DNA from: Promethearchaeota archaeon
Lineage (GTDB): Archaea > Asgardarchaeota > Lokiarchaeia > Sigyniarchaeales > SOKP01
Assembly (NCBI GenBank): GCA_019058445.1
Contig: JAHPZA010000006.1
Coordinates: 1,132,943-1,196,942 of the forward strand
Direction: 5' to 3'
DNA length: 64,000 nt
The notes beneath the pieces are model-generated. The model saw only the letters and a list, made by a program, of their open reading frames with translations. It had not been told where the DNA came from and searched no databases. The position numbers were made by a program, and so were the translations under genes. Positions 36,369-46,279 of the stretch are shown here, one piece after another (the stretch's first letter is position 1; each line of letters starts with the position of its first letter).

Positions 36369-38510
36369 TTAATTTTTGCCTTTTAACAATTCATCTGCGG
36401 TTAGAAATTGAGAGGACCGATACCTTTTTCGCGTTTTTGTTATATTCTTATCAATATGGTTTTGATTTAATATTGTGGGATGGTTAGTTGTTAAATTATT
36501 GGAAAAATCTATGAGTTCATATAAAGAATTATCTAATTCGCTTACAAAACGAGAAGGTTTAAGAAAGTTCATTCTTTTATAGGACTGTGTTGATTTTGGA
36601 GATATTAAGAACAACTCATCTCTTGCTCTGGTGACTGCTACATAAAAAATTCTTCTTTCTTCTTCAATATCTTGTTCCTCTTTTGTAATATATGTTGTTG
36701 GAAAGAGTTTTTCTGATAATGAAATGATAAACACAATATCCCATTCTAGTCCTTTGGCCTTGTGAATAGTAGATAATACTATCCGATTATCATCATCTTC
36801 CTTATGAGTTGTTTCTTTTACACTGTTTGATAATTCCGAGATATTTAAGTTTAAATGGTCTATAAAGCCACTAATTGATTTAAATTCGAGGGATAATTCA
36901 AAAACAGCATCAATATCTGCTAATCTCTCTTTAAAATTTTCAAAATTTTTTTGGATATATGGCTTTATTGACAATCTTATTTTCTGAATCACTAAAGAGG
37001 GGGTAGATTCAGAATTAAAACTTTTAAAAGATTTCAAGTAATTAATTAGATTAGTAAAACCCCGTTTTGAGAGTTTTATTTTATTTAACTCAGATTCGTA
37101 TAAATCAGATTTATTTAATTCTCTGATCGGATCTCTTAATTTTATAATTGTTTTAAAAATTTCCCGAGAAGAAACCTTTCCTATATTTGGAATAATTTTA
37201 AAGATGCGATTCCAAGACAACTCATCATAGGGATTAAAAATGATTCTTAAGTGAGCAAGTAAATCCTTGATATGGGCTTGCTCGAAGAAAGAGACTCCTG
37301 AACGGACTACAAATGGTATAGCATTGGCCTGAAGTTCTTTCTGTAAAATAATCGAATGGAAATTTGATCTATATAACACAGCTATTTTTGATAAATCAAT
37401 CCCCTCGTTCATATAATTTAAAATTTTTTGAACGATAAAACGTGCTTGTTCCCTTTCGTCGAAAATTACAACATATTTTGGTTTAACACTACTTTCCCTC
37501 ACCGTTTTCATAGTTTTTTGAAATTGAATTCTATTGTTTTTTATTGAATTATTAGCTAAATCTAATATTTCAGGGGTAGAACGATAATTGTATGTAATTT
37601 TGTGTTTAGTTATGTTTTTTAATTTTTCTCCAAAATTGAGGAGGTTTTTAAAATCAGCACCGCGAAAACTATATATGCTTTGTGCATCATCGCCAACAAC
37701 CATAATATTTTGATTAATTTGAGCAATTTTGAGAATAATTTCAGCTTGCATGAAATTGGTATCTTGATATTCATCAACTAAAATATGTTTGATTTTTTCT
37801 GCGATATTTTGAGCGATTTCTTTTTCATCAAGTAATCTATTCCATAAAACAAGTAAATCATTGAAATCAACCAAGTTATTCCTGATTTTACGTTCATTAT
37901 AGTTATTAAAAATCACTTCAAAATGAGTTATTAAGCTTTCTTTTAATAAATATGGATATTTCCATTTTAAAACTTGTTTAATAGTTCTATTTGTATTAAT
38001 CTTATATGATAATATTTTAAAACAACGCTTAGCGTTAGGGAAGTTCATTAATTTATAATTAGGGAGCGATTCTTCAATAGACAATTTCATCAAGGAGTAG
38101 GAATCAGTCTGATCAATAATGGTATATCTAGGCTTTAATCCAGCTAAATGAGTATATTTTCTAATAAACCTATTAGCTAAAGAATGAAAAGTTCCCCCCC
38201 ATATACCGTTAGGTTCTTCACCTAATAACGTTTTAACTCTTTCGAGCATTTCTTTTGCTGCTTTATTAGTGAAGGTAACGAGCATTATTTCTGAGGGTTG
38301 TACTCCCCGTTCAATTAATTTAGCTACGCTATAGGTAATAGTTCTTGTTTTTCCGGAACCAGCTCCTGCTATTACTATCATTGAGCCGTTAATATTGTTA
38401 ACAATTTTAAGTTGTTCCGGATTTAAATTGTTTTTAAATGAAACTTTATGGATAGTATGAGAAATGCTTTTATGGGATTTACTTTTATTCTGATTAGTGA
38501 ATTTCTCCAT
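36369..38510 (-). CDS. UvrD/PcrA-family ATP-dependent DNA helicase
   Basis: AGAGSGKT, TFTNKAA, GTFHS, VDEYQD, VGDDAQSIYSFRG, NYRS, TIHKAKGLEW, EERRIFYVAVTRA; start ATG 38510 just after the MCM stop. Confidence 0.95.
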   Translation of the reverse strand: MEKFTNQNKSKSHKSISHTIHKVSFKNNLNPEQLKIVNNINGSMIVIAGAGSGKTRTITYSVAKLIERGVQPSEIMLVTFTNKAAKEMLERVKTLLGEEPNGIWGGTFHSLANRFIRKYTHLAGLKPRYTIIDQTDSYSLMKLSIEESLPNYKLMNFPNAKRCFKILSYKINTNRTIKQVLKWKYPYLLKESLITHFEVIFNNYNERKIRNNLVDFNDLLVLWNRLLDEKEIAQNIAEKIKHILVDEYQDTNFMQAEIILKIAQINQNIMVVGDDAQSIYSFRGADFKNLLNFGEKLKNITKHKITYNYRSTPEILDLANNSIKNNRIQFQKTMKTVRESSVKPKYVVIFDEREQARFIVQKILNYMNEGIDLSKIAVLYRSNFHSIILQKELQANAIPFVVRSGVSFFEQAHIKDLLAHLRIIFNPYDELSWNRIFKIIPNIGKVSSREIFKTIIKLRDPIRELNKSDLYESELNKIKLSKRGFTNLINYLKSFKSFNSESTPSLVIQKIRLSIKPYIQKNFENFKERLADIDAVFELSLEFKSISGFIDHLNLNISELSNSVKETTHKEDDDNRIVLSTIHKAKGLEWDIVFIISLSEKLFPTTYITKEEQDIEEERRIFYVAVTRARDELFLISPKSTQSYKRMNFLKPSRFVSELDNSLYELIDFSNNLTTNHPTILNQNHIDKNITKTRKRYRSSQFLTADELLKGKN

Positions 38511-38514
38511 CTTA

Positions 38515-40653
38515 TTATTGATCTTGTTTACTGGTAAATTTAATTTCATTAGGCTTAGGTTCGTATAAGGTTCCTTCTTTTATAGCTTCCTCAATGGCAT
38601 TTTTAACGAAACCTTTCTCAATATTTTCATCTAATTCTATGACTTGTATTACGTTTTTTTTCTCAAGAGCTTTCCATTGATTTTCTTCGAAAAGTTCTTT
38701 TAAGCGATCATACACCCGTGTGAGTTTATTGGTTTTACTCCTTGGTTGACCCATAAGAATCATATCTACATCGAATTTCCCTGTCTCCTTGTCATAACCA
38801 GTGTCTTTCAAGAATCTTTTAAAAAGTTTGATTATTTCATCCACATCTTCTTTTAAAACTTTATCTCTTAGTGCCATTTTCGCATATGCTTCACTCATGC
38901 GAACTAATGCTTCGAGATTTCTGGCTAATATTGAAACAATTGCGTCCTCTTTTTTATATTGCCCTCTTAAATCTAAGTAAAATTGCTTGATTCGTTCTTT
39001 AGCTTCTTCACTTAATTTTGGAAAATAATTTTTTCTGGCATATTTAATATACTTAGTTAAAAAATCTGTACTAATTGGGGCCACCATTTTGTTGGATTTT
39101 TCGGAATCCTCTAAAAATTCTTCAGGACCCATCATAGCGCTCTGTAAGATGAATTCGGCCATTTGAGCATCATTCGCGGGATCTGGACGATCCATTACTT
39201 TAAAAATTAAATCAAACCGACTCAAAAGAGATGGCGGCATACGCGTATTTTCTGTAAACGATTTGTATTCATTGAATCTTCCAGTATATGGATTTGCAGC
39301 AGCGATAATTGCTGTTTGAGCTTTTAATGTGGCGACAATTCCTGCTTTTGCAATACTCACGGTTTGCTGCGCCATCGCTTCATGTAGTGCAGATCTATCT
39401 GCAACATCCATTTTGTCAAACTCATCTATGGAAGCAATTCCTCCATTGGCTAATACTATTGCTCCCGCTTCAAGATTCATTTGTCCTGTTTCAGTATCTT
39501 TAATAACTGCAGCAGTCAATCCCACTCCACTTGAACCCTTACCTGAAGTATATAACCCTCTTGGAGAGATTTCTACAGCAGATTTCAATATTTCCGACTT
39601 TCCCGTTCCAGGATCACCTACAAATAGTACATGAATATCTCCTCGTTTAAAGCTTCCGCCTGGTCGTGGTCTTCTTGTTCCTCCGAACATACTTAATGCA
39701 CATGCCATTTTAAGGTCATCTCTTCCAAAAATTGTAGGTGAAATTGATCTGGCAATTTTTTTTTGAATCATTGGTTCCTTTGATAGTTTTTTGATTTTTT
39801 TGATATCCTCCTTCGAAATATCAATATATTCATCACTTTTATCTTCTGGATCTATAAAATTTACGTCTACATACGTTTTAAACAAAGTTGAATTCAAGCC
39901 TTTTATTGATTGAGCCAGAACTGATTTAAATACACCCATAACATTAATTCTATCTCCAGGCTTTATTGTATCAACTAAATCATAAGTTAATATAGCTTGA
40001 ACAGATCGAGGAATTCTTCCTGGTGGTAGATCCTCAGGTACTTCTTGTATTGTAATGCTTTGCCAGTCGATAAATTGTGAATTTTTAGAGATGAGCCTAA
40101 AATCAGAGTGCGCCTTCGCTTTGCATCGTTTATTAGTGCAAAATTTGGGCCATCTCACTTTTGAAGTTAATTGAGGTATATTAATAATCGCTCCGCAAAG
40201 AATACATTCGAAGACAGCGGTAGTTAATTTTGGTCTAACAGTAGAAATTCTTACTAAAATCCCCTTGAACCACACTAACCTATCTATATTTTTCGATCGT
40301 AATCCTCTAATAGGAATTCCTAATGGGCTTTTTTCATCTTTCGTAGCAATCCTTACAAAATATTTTTGATTTGTTAATGTTCCTGATTGTAGTTTTATAA
40401 CGTTCTTATAGGCATCTATGGCATCTTCTAATAAAGATTCAGGATCATTTTTGAGCATTTCAGCAATTTGGGGATCAAATGAGAGGAGGTCTTCATATAA
40501 AATAATTAGAGCATTTCCTCCCTCGTCAATAATTTTATTAATTTGATCTTGATATTTGAACTCTCCTGGTTTTTCTTGAAATAAGCGATAAAAATCCTCA
40601 AACCTCTGAACTTTATGAATTGGTTGAGTAGGACTAGGTATGGGTTGAGTCAT
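38515..40653 (-). CDS. mcm: MCM replicative helicase
   Basis: CILC...C..C Zn finger, GDPGTGKS, IDEFDKM, AAANP, LSRFDL, C-terminal winged helix. Confidence 0.97.
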   Translation of the reverse strand: MTQPIPSPTQPIHKVQRFEDFYRLFQEKPGEFKYQDQINKIIDEGGNALIILYEDLLSFDPQIAEMLKNDPESLLEDAIDAYKNVIKLQSGTLTNQKYFVRIATKDEKSPLGIPIRGLRSKNIDRLVWFKGILVRISTVRPKLTTAVFECILCGAIINIPQLTSKVRWPKFCTNKRCKAKAHSDFRLISKNSQFIDWQSITIQEVPEDLPPGRIPRSVQAILTYDLVDTIKPGDRINVMGVFKSVLAQSIKGLNSTLFKTYVDVNFIDPEDKSDEYIDISKEDIKKIKKLSKEPMIQKKIARSISPTIFGRDDLKMACALSMFGGTRRPRPGGSFKRGDIHVLFVGDPGTGKSEILKSAVEISPRGLYTSGKGSSGVGLTAAVIKDTETGQMNLEAGAIVLANGGIASIDEFDKMDVADRSALHEAMAQQTVSIAKAGIVATLKAQTAIIAAANPYTGRFNEYKSFTENTRMPPSLLSRFDLIFKVMDRPDPANDAQMAEFILQSAMMGPEEFLEDSEKSNKMVAPISTDFLTKYIKYARKNYFPKLSEEAKERIKQFYLDLRGQYKKEDAIVSILARNLEALVRMSEAYAKMALRDKVLKEDVDEIIKLFKRFLKDTGYDKETGKFDVDMILMGQPRSKTNKLTRVYDRLKELFEENQWKALEKKNVIQVIELDENIEKGFVKNAIEEAIKEGTLYEPKPNEIKFTSKQDQ

Positions 40654-40816
40654 ATTTAATTACGTGAATTTTTTTATTATATCCAAAATATTCTTAAAAA
40701 TTTTTTAAATCTGCCTATTAACGGATAGGTTATTAAACAGTAAATATATTGTAATTAAAAAAGAGAAGAGAGCAATAATTTAGTCGTTTATTAATATTCG
40801 TTGCTAAGTAAAAAAC

Positions 40817-43800
40817 TTAACTCTCTCGTATTTTATGCAGATTTGCACAAATTATAGGATCTTGGCTCATTTCACATCTTATTTTCAATAAAGAAATGAC
40901 TCTTTTTTTGATTTTTTCCTCCTCATATCTTACGGTTCGTCCCAAAATTATTGCAATTGAACGTTGCAATTCTATAGAACCCTCATCGCTTAGATTTTTA
41001 AGGAGTTTAGAAAGAATTTGTGATATTCCTATGTTATTGATAATTTCCACCATTGAATTTATCATACTAGTTCTTACTTCTCCTGATTCATCTTCCAAAA
41101 GAGAGATGATGCTTTCAAAAATCGTATCAATATTTTGAAAACCATAAATTTTAAGCAATCTTGCTGAAGCTTCTCTGACTTTGGGATCGGTATTATTAAG
41201 ATTCTTAGAAACTTTTTCAAATGGAATAAATGATGCTTTTATACCTTTAATATTAGATAAGATATTCATCACTGATCTGCGAACCCATGTCTTATTATCA
41301 TCTAAAAGCGGGATGAGATTATTTATTATAAGCTCTTTATGTTCAATATGTTCAATTATTTCGCCCAGACTTGAAACTGCTGCTTCTCTAACTATCCAAT
41401 CCTTATCATTTAATCCTTTCTCAATTAGAATGTTTAAAGCCTCGTCTGGGGATTTATAGCCAATTAGCCCCAGTATTTTGACTGCAGACTCTCTAATGAA
41501 TGAATCTTGATCTGAGAGAATATTAATTATTAATTCTAATGGCATAATTTCAGGAGATTCTTTTGCTATTTCTAATAACGATTTAGAAATGGTAACCTTT
41601 ACTGTTGCTTCTTGAGTATTTAATGATTGTAAAATAATCGATATTTCGGGTTTTATAGCCTCAGGATTTTTCATAGCGATTTTTGAGAGAATTTTGGAGG
41701 CTTCTTTTCTAATTTGCTGATTTTTATCTTTTTGAAGAATTTTCAGTATGGGTTTAATAGTAATATTGTTATAATATTCATCTGCCAGACCCTCTAATGA
41801 GGAAATCGCGTTTAATCTAATCTCATCATTATCATCATCTAAAAATTTGACTAATTTCGGGATGATATAATTAGGATCCTTTTTAGCAATACTAATAATC
41901 GTCTTGGCAATGATTCCTTTTGATATAAACTTAGAGACATCAGGAATTTTAATGAGATTTTGAAAAATCAAATCCGGATTACTTGTATACTTATTACTGA
42001 GGATTTTTGAGATATTCTCTTTTAACTCTTGATTTTCAAATTTAATGAATATTAATAAGGTGGTAAGGATTTTTTCTGGATTTTGTTCCCAAAGTCTACC
42101 AAGTAGAGTTAAAACGCTAGTTAATATTTCATTATTATTAGGATCAATTTTATTTATAATCAAGTTTATATCCAAAGAATCAGGTTCTTCATTGAAATAT
42201 TTTTCCAGTGCTAAAACTGAGGAATTTCTAACTTCCTTGTTTACATCGATTAATCCATTTAGGAATGGCAGGAGCGGGATGTCAAATCGCTTAAAGTTAC
42301 CTATTTCAGCAAATATCTCAAAAACGGAAGCTCTAACTGAGCTTGTTGGATCTTTGATTAGAGATTTCAGTTTACTAATCATTTCAGAATCCAAATCCTT
42401 AGGTTCTATATTCTTTAGATTTTGAATTGCTGCAGCTCGAATTTCTTTATTGGAATGGTTTATTTTATCATGAATTAGCTCAAAAGGGATTTTTTCTGAA
42501 GAAATAGCTAAAATTTTTAAAACCTCAACCTGTACTTGGCTGTCAGGGTCGTTTATCAATTCATTTAGATTTAATTTTGAGGTTAATTTTATATTGTTTT
42601 GAATTAGCCTTGATAAAATTTTTAGTCCAACTAACTTTAATCTCCATTCTGAATCTTTAACTAAATCAAAAATAAGTTGTTCGGGTACTTTTTGAATTAA
42701 ATTAATGTTTGCAGTGATTAAAGACTGTGCAAATGGAAGACTCTTGTCGTAATTAGGAGAATTTAAAGATTCAATTATCCAAGGTAATAATATATCTGGA
42801 GCATCTCTTTCTAACTGGAGTAGTATTTTAAGACATATATATTTTGAATAGGGATTTGGATCACATATTCCATCAATTAACGGATTTTTATATTTCATAT
42901 CGTTAAGGTTTAGATCTGCCTTTAGAGGTAATCTTTCATACATTAATATTAAAGTCTCTTCAGCTAGATTTCTTACTTTAAGGTTTTCACTTTTAATAAA
43001 ATTAAAAAGGGGTATAGGATCAAATGTCTGTCCACATTCAGCTATAAGGGAGTATTTAAGATTGTTAGTAAATTCATTTTTTTTTGATAGAAAATAATAT
43101 GTTGTAATAGAGATCAGGATTATTTCTTCTATTGCTGCTGTCCAAGCAAATAATAAATAGTTCGGAACTATAGTGGTTGTATAATTTGATGCCGTAAAAA
43201 CGTTTGATACTTTTTCAACATTGACAATTAGAAAATTAACAAACACATTTATCCCGACTGCAGCCATTAGATAAGCTGCAAAATAGATATCAATTCCCCG
43301 ATATTTGATGATTCTATTCCAGAACCGCGAAAAGAAGCCAATTATTCCCATCGCTAGAGTCACAAAAACGAAACCTGCATATGAATAAGGGGAGATTAGT
43401 AAAGCACCAGAAAAGAAATATCCTATCGTCTGTATCATGGAAATCCATGCCCATACAAACACAAATAACATTAAACCCAGAAGAATTCTCGGTGCAGGAT
43501 CATTAAGAAATTCTTTCAATGTTCTTTTGCTATCTTCAAAACCAAGAAATAAGGATCTTCTCATATCAGGTATATGGTAATACACATTAGTTATCCCAGC
43601 GATATATCCTTTAGAGCCATAAAAAGTTAAAATTAGCAAGGGATAAATGAGCATCCAAGAAATCCAAATCATTATAAATGGCAACCCTATCAAAGAGAGA
43701 AAGAATGGTGGAAGAAAGAATACTCCTAAAAAAAATCCTACGGCATAAATTACTCGAATCAATTTATTAGTTGACTTATTTATGATTTTATCTCCAATAA

Positions 43801-44218
43801 ATTTATGAAAGGGGGTTAATCCTTCATCGGATTCATCGCTTAAGGCTATAAACAAAAAATCTATTAAGGGATACAAAGAAATATAGACTAAACATACCCC
43901 AAACGGTATTAGTAGAAAATAGGGATGAATCTCTGGGGGTTCAGCTTCACTAGTTTTCCAGAATTCTGGTGTTTTTATGGCAAAAATAAACGCCATAGCT
44001 ACAACAATCATTACTGCAAAACTAAAAATTGTCCCAAATACAATACATTGAAGTCTATCTCTAAATTTAAATTCCCCCTTTAAAACTAATGCTACTTGAA
44101 AATAAATCAATAGGGTACCTATAACTAAAGCAATAAGAAAGATAATAAGTAATGCTATTGAAGCTTCGTTTCCGAATAAAGCGTCTAATACATTATCTTG
44201 CAATATCAAGATTATCAC
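40817..44218 (-). CDS. Multi-TM membrane protein fused to a long HEAT-repeat solenoid
   Basis: About 375 aa of hydrophobic helices followed by many L.D.D..VR..A repeats. Confidence 0.85.
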   Translation of the reverse strand: MIILILQDNVLDALFGNEASIALLIIFLIALVIGTLLIYFQVALVLKGEFKFRDRLQCIVFGTIFSFAVMIVVAMAFIFAIKTPEFWKTSEAEPPEIHPYFLLIPFGVCLVYISLYPLIDFLFIALSDESDEGLTPFHKFIGDKIINKSTNKLIRVIYAVGFFLGVFFLPPFFLSLIGLPFIMIWISWMLIYPLLILTFYGSKGYIAGITNVYYHIPDMRRSLFLGFEDSKRTLKEFLNDPAPRILLGLMLFVFVWAWISMIQTIGYFFSGALLISPYSYAGFVFVTLAMGIIGFFSRFWNRIIKYRGIDIYFAAYLMAAVGINVFVNFLIVNVEKVSNVFTASNYTTTIVPNYLLFAWTAAIEEIILISITTYYFLSKKNEFTNNLKYSLIAECGQTFDPIPLFNFIKSENLKVRNLAEETLILMYERLPLKADLNLNDMKYKNPLIDGICDPNPYSKYICLKILLQLERDAPDILLPWIIESLNSPNYDKSLPFAQSLITANINLIQKVPEQLIFDLVKDSEWRLKLVGLKILSRLIQNNIKLTSKLNLNELINDPDSQVQVEVLKILAISSEKIPFELIHDKINHSNKEIRAAAIQNLKNIEPKDLDSEMISKLKSLIKDPTSSVRASVFEIFAEIGNFKRFDIPLLPFLNGLIDVNKEVRNSSVLALEKYFNEEPDSLDINLIINKIDPNNNEILTSVLTLLGRLWEQNPEKILTTLLIFIKFENQELKENISKILSNKYTSNPDLIFQNLIKIPDVSKFISKGIIAKTIISIAKKDPNYIIPKLVKFLDDDNDEIRLNAISSLEGLADEYYNNITIKPILKILQKDKNQQIRKEASKILSKIAMKNPEAIKPEISIILQSLNTQEATVKVTISKSLLEIAKESPEIMPLELIINILSDQDSFIRESAVKILGLIGYKSPDEALNILIEKGLNDKDWIVREAAVSSLGEIIEHIEHKELIINNLIPLLDDNKTWVRRSVMNILSNIKGIKASFIPFEKVSKNLNNTDPKVREASARLLKIYGFQNIDTIFESIISLLEDESGEVRTSMINSMVEIINNIGISQILSKLLKNLSDEGSIELQRSIAIILGRTVRYEEEKIKKRVISLLKIRCEMSQDPIICANLHKIRES

Positions 44219-44337
44219 AGAATAATAAGGATATGAATAATTTAATAATGATTTAATAGAAATTTTATTTCTCTTATTAAACTTAGTAATGTATATTAAA
44301 TTAAATTTTTTTAATCAATTCTCTCAAAAAGATTAAT

Positions 44338-44910
44338 ATGAATAAAATAGAAGATGACTTTCTTGATTCTTTAAAAAGAATTAATTTCATTTTTAGAAAT
44401 GAGGAAGTTTATACTGAATGTATTAAGAATCATAATGGCTTTTCGATGTTAGGAGATAAATTAGGTCCATTTGAAAAAGGTAAAAAATACAAATTAAAAC
44501 TCTTTTTAGCAGTTCCATTTATTAAAAATAACATATTAAAGGTTGCTCCTGAGAGTAAATGTGATAATGTGGATTTACAACGTTTTGCTATTGAGGAACG
44601 AGACGATCAAAAAATCATACAACGAGAAAATGATTATTTTTTAAATAAAATTAAGGAATTTAATTTATTTATGGAAAAAGAAGTTATGGAAAATAACATA
44701 CCACAAAAGTTTTTAGATGATTACAAATCCTACTTTACGAGTGTTTTAGATTCCCGAATATTAAAAATTATGAGGATCGCAAAGAGTGATACTTCTGTAG
44801 AAGTAGAGAAGAGGCTAGCAATATCAGAGCATCTTTTATATCACAATATTCATAAGATCATTAGTATCTGGAGAGAATTTTTTCTCAGTTTAGCGAGTCT
44901 TAAAGGATAA
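44338..44910 (+). CDS. GINS subunit, Gins23-like (B-domain then A-domain)
   Basis: LGPFEKGKKYKLKLFLA (B-domain), ERD, RILKIMRIA, L..SE..LY..I..WR; lies near mcm. Confidence 0.7.
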   Translation: MNKIEDDFLDSLKRINFIFRNEEVYTECIKNHNGFSMLGDKLGPFEKGKKYKLKLFLAVPFIKNNILKVAPESKCDNVDLQRFAIEERDDQKIIQRENDYFLNKIKEFNLFMEKEVMENNIPQKFLDDYKSYFTSVLDSRILKIMRIAKSDTSVEVEKRLAISEHLLYHNIHKIISIWREFFLSLASLKG

Positions 44911-44923
44911 AATAATAATTTTT

Positions 44924-45613
44924 TTAAATCAATTTTATTTCATTATTTCCATATTTTTTAAAGTATTTTTCAATATTTTTAGCAATTTCTATACCTGGTT
45001 TAATTCTTTGATAAGCTAGGGGTAATAATTCTAAAGCATTACTCATCGCGTAGAATTGAACATTAGTTTCACTGATAGCCTGTTCGACACTTTTTCCATC
45101 ATCCCTCTTTTCATTTCTATCTGTTAATCCTATTACGGCAATAATATTAACTTTTAATGATTGCAAATTTTCAATTGCTTCAATTATAGAGCCTCCAGTA
45201 GTAAGCGTATCTTCAAGAACTATGATTTTGCCCTTCGGAAATCCCAAATAATATTTATCTTTGGGATCACCATGTTGCTTCGGTTTTGCTCTTCCCATTG
45301 ATAAATTATATACTCCTTTACCATAATCGGCTTGATTTTTAGCCCATTTGTACTGAGTGATTATACCCAATTTTGTTGCCCCCTCTGGTATGCCATAAAA
45401 ACAATCTGGGTTAAGGCCTAAACTTTCAACGAAAGATATAACATAATCGGTTAATTTATCGAGTAAAAATACATCTTCGGATATATTTCTCCAGTTCACA
45501 TACCAGGATGATAATCTACCAGATCTTAATTTCAATGGTTCTTTAAAAAAACCAATAATATCATTTTCGATGATTAAGTTATAAAATAACTCTTTTTTTT
45601 GTTCCCAACTCAT
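44924..45613 (-). CDS. pyrE: Orotate phosphoribosyltransferase
   Basis: LRSGRLSSWY, RAKPKQHG, IIVLEDTLTTGGS PRPP motif. Confidence 0.88.
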   Translation of the reverse strand: MSWEQKKELFYNLIIENDIIGFFKEPLKLRSGRLSSWYVNWRNISEDVFLLDKLTDYVISFVESLGLNPDCFYGIPEGATKLGIITQYKWAKNQADYGKGVYNLSMGRAKPKQHGDPKDKYYLGFPKGKIIVLEDTLTTGGSIIEAIENLQSLKVNIIAVIGLTDRNEKRDDGKSVEQAISETNVQFYAMSNALELLPLAYQRIKPGIEIAKNIEKYFKKYGNNEIKLI

Positions 45614-45748
45614 ATGAAATTTAATTTTCCTTTTAATCTAAAACTATTTTATTAAATAACTAATAGTATTGTAGCTTATTTGAAATGCCTATAAGCAAGG
45701 GTTTTATTCATAACCAAAATTAATATATAAAAAAGACCTAAAAAAGTT

Positions 45749-46267
45749 TTACTCCTTAAGTGTGAGATATTCTTTTCTTGCTTTTGCATATTCTTCGCCG
45801 CTAATTTTTCCCGCCAAAAATTGATTTTCTTTATCTCGCATTATACTTCTTTTTTTGGCAAGTTCCTTTCTTCTTTCAGCTTTTTGAAAATTATTTGAAA
45901 TAGATTGAGCAATATCTGTAATATTTTTATTTTTATTCTTAAGTAAATTTTCCAAATATGGTTTTATTGGTCTTGCCATTTCTATGTTCTTTTTAGAAAG
46001 TTCCTCAATACGTTTAAGGGCTAGTATGATTTCATCTTGATCATCACCCTCTAATACAGAGATTAATCGAGGTATAGCCACATCCTTCAGAATTTCATCA
46101 AGATATGCCGAAATTTCCTTTTCTACTTTATTGTCTCCATAGGTTCCAAGCTGTTTATCTCTAATATATTCAATAAACACAAGAGGTAATTCTACAGGCC
46201 AATCTTGCATTTTCTCCTTGCCAATTAGCTGGACGATTCCACCATCTTTTTTTTGAAATATTCTCAT
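45749..46267 (-). CDS. Hypothetical protein (HEAT-like helices, SHOCT-like C-terminus), co-transcribed with topo VI
   Basis: SD GGAGGTG before ATG 46267; IPRLISVLEGDD..; FLAGKISGEEYAKARKEYL. Confidence 0.75.
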   Translation of the reverse strand: MRIFQKKDGGIVQLIGKEKMQDWPVELPLVFIEYIRDKQLGTYGDNKVEKEISAYLDEILKDVAIPRLISVLEGDDQDEIILALKRIEELSKKNIEMARPIKPYLENLLKNKNKNITDIAQSISNNFQKAERRKELAKKRSIMRDKENQFLAGKISGEEYAKARKEYLTLKE

Positions 46268-46279
46268 CTTATACACCTC

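Noticed and set aside
45614-45748. Mini-ORF MNKTLAYRHFK and short hairpins upstream of pyrE
   Set aside because: The stems are only 6 bp in AT-rich DNA and show no regulatory codon logic; not distinguishable from chance.
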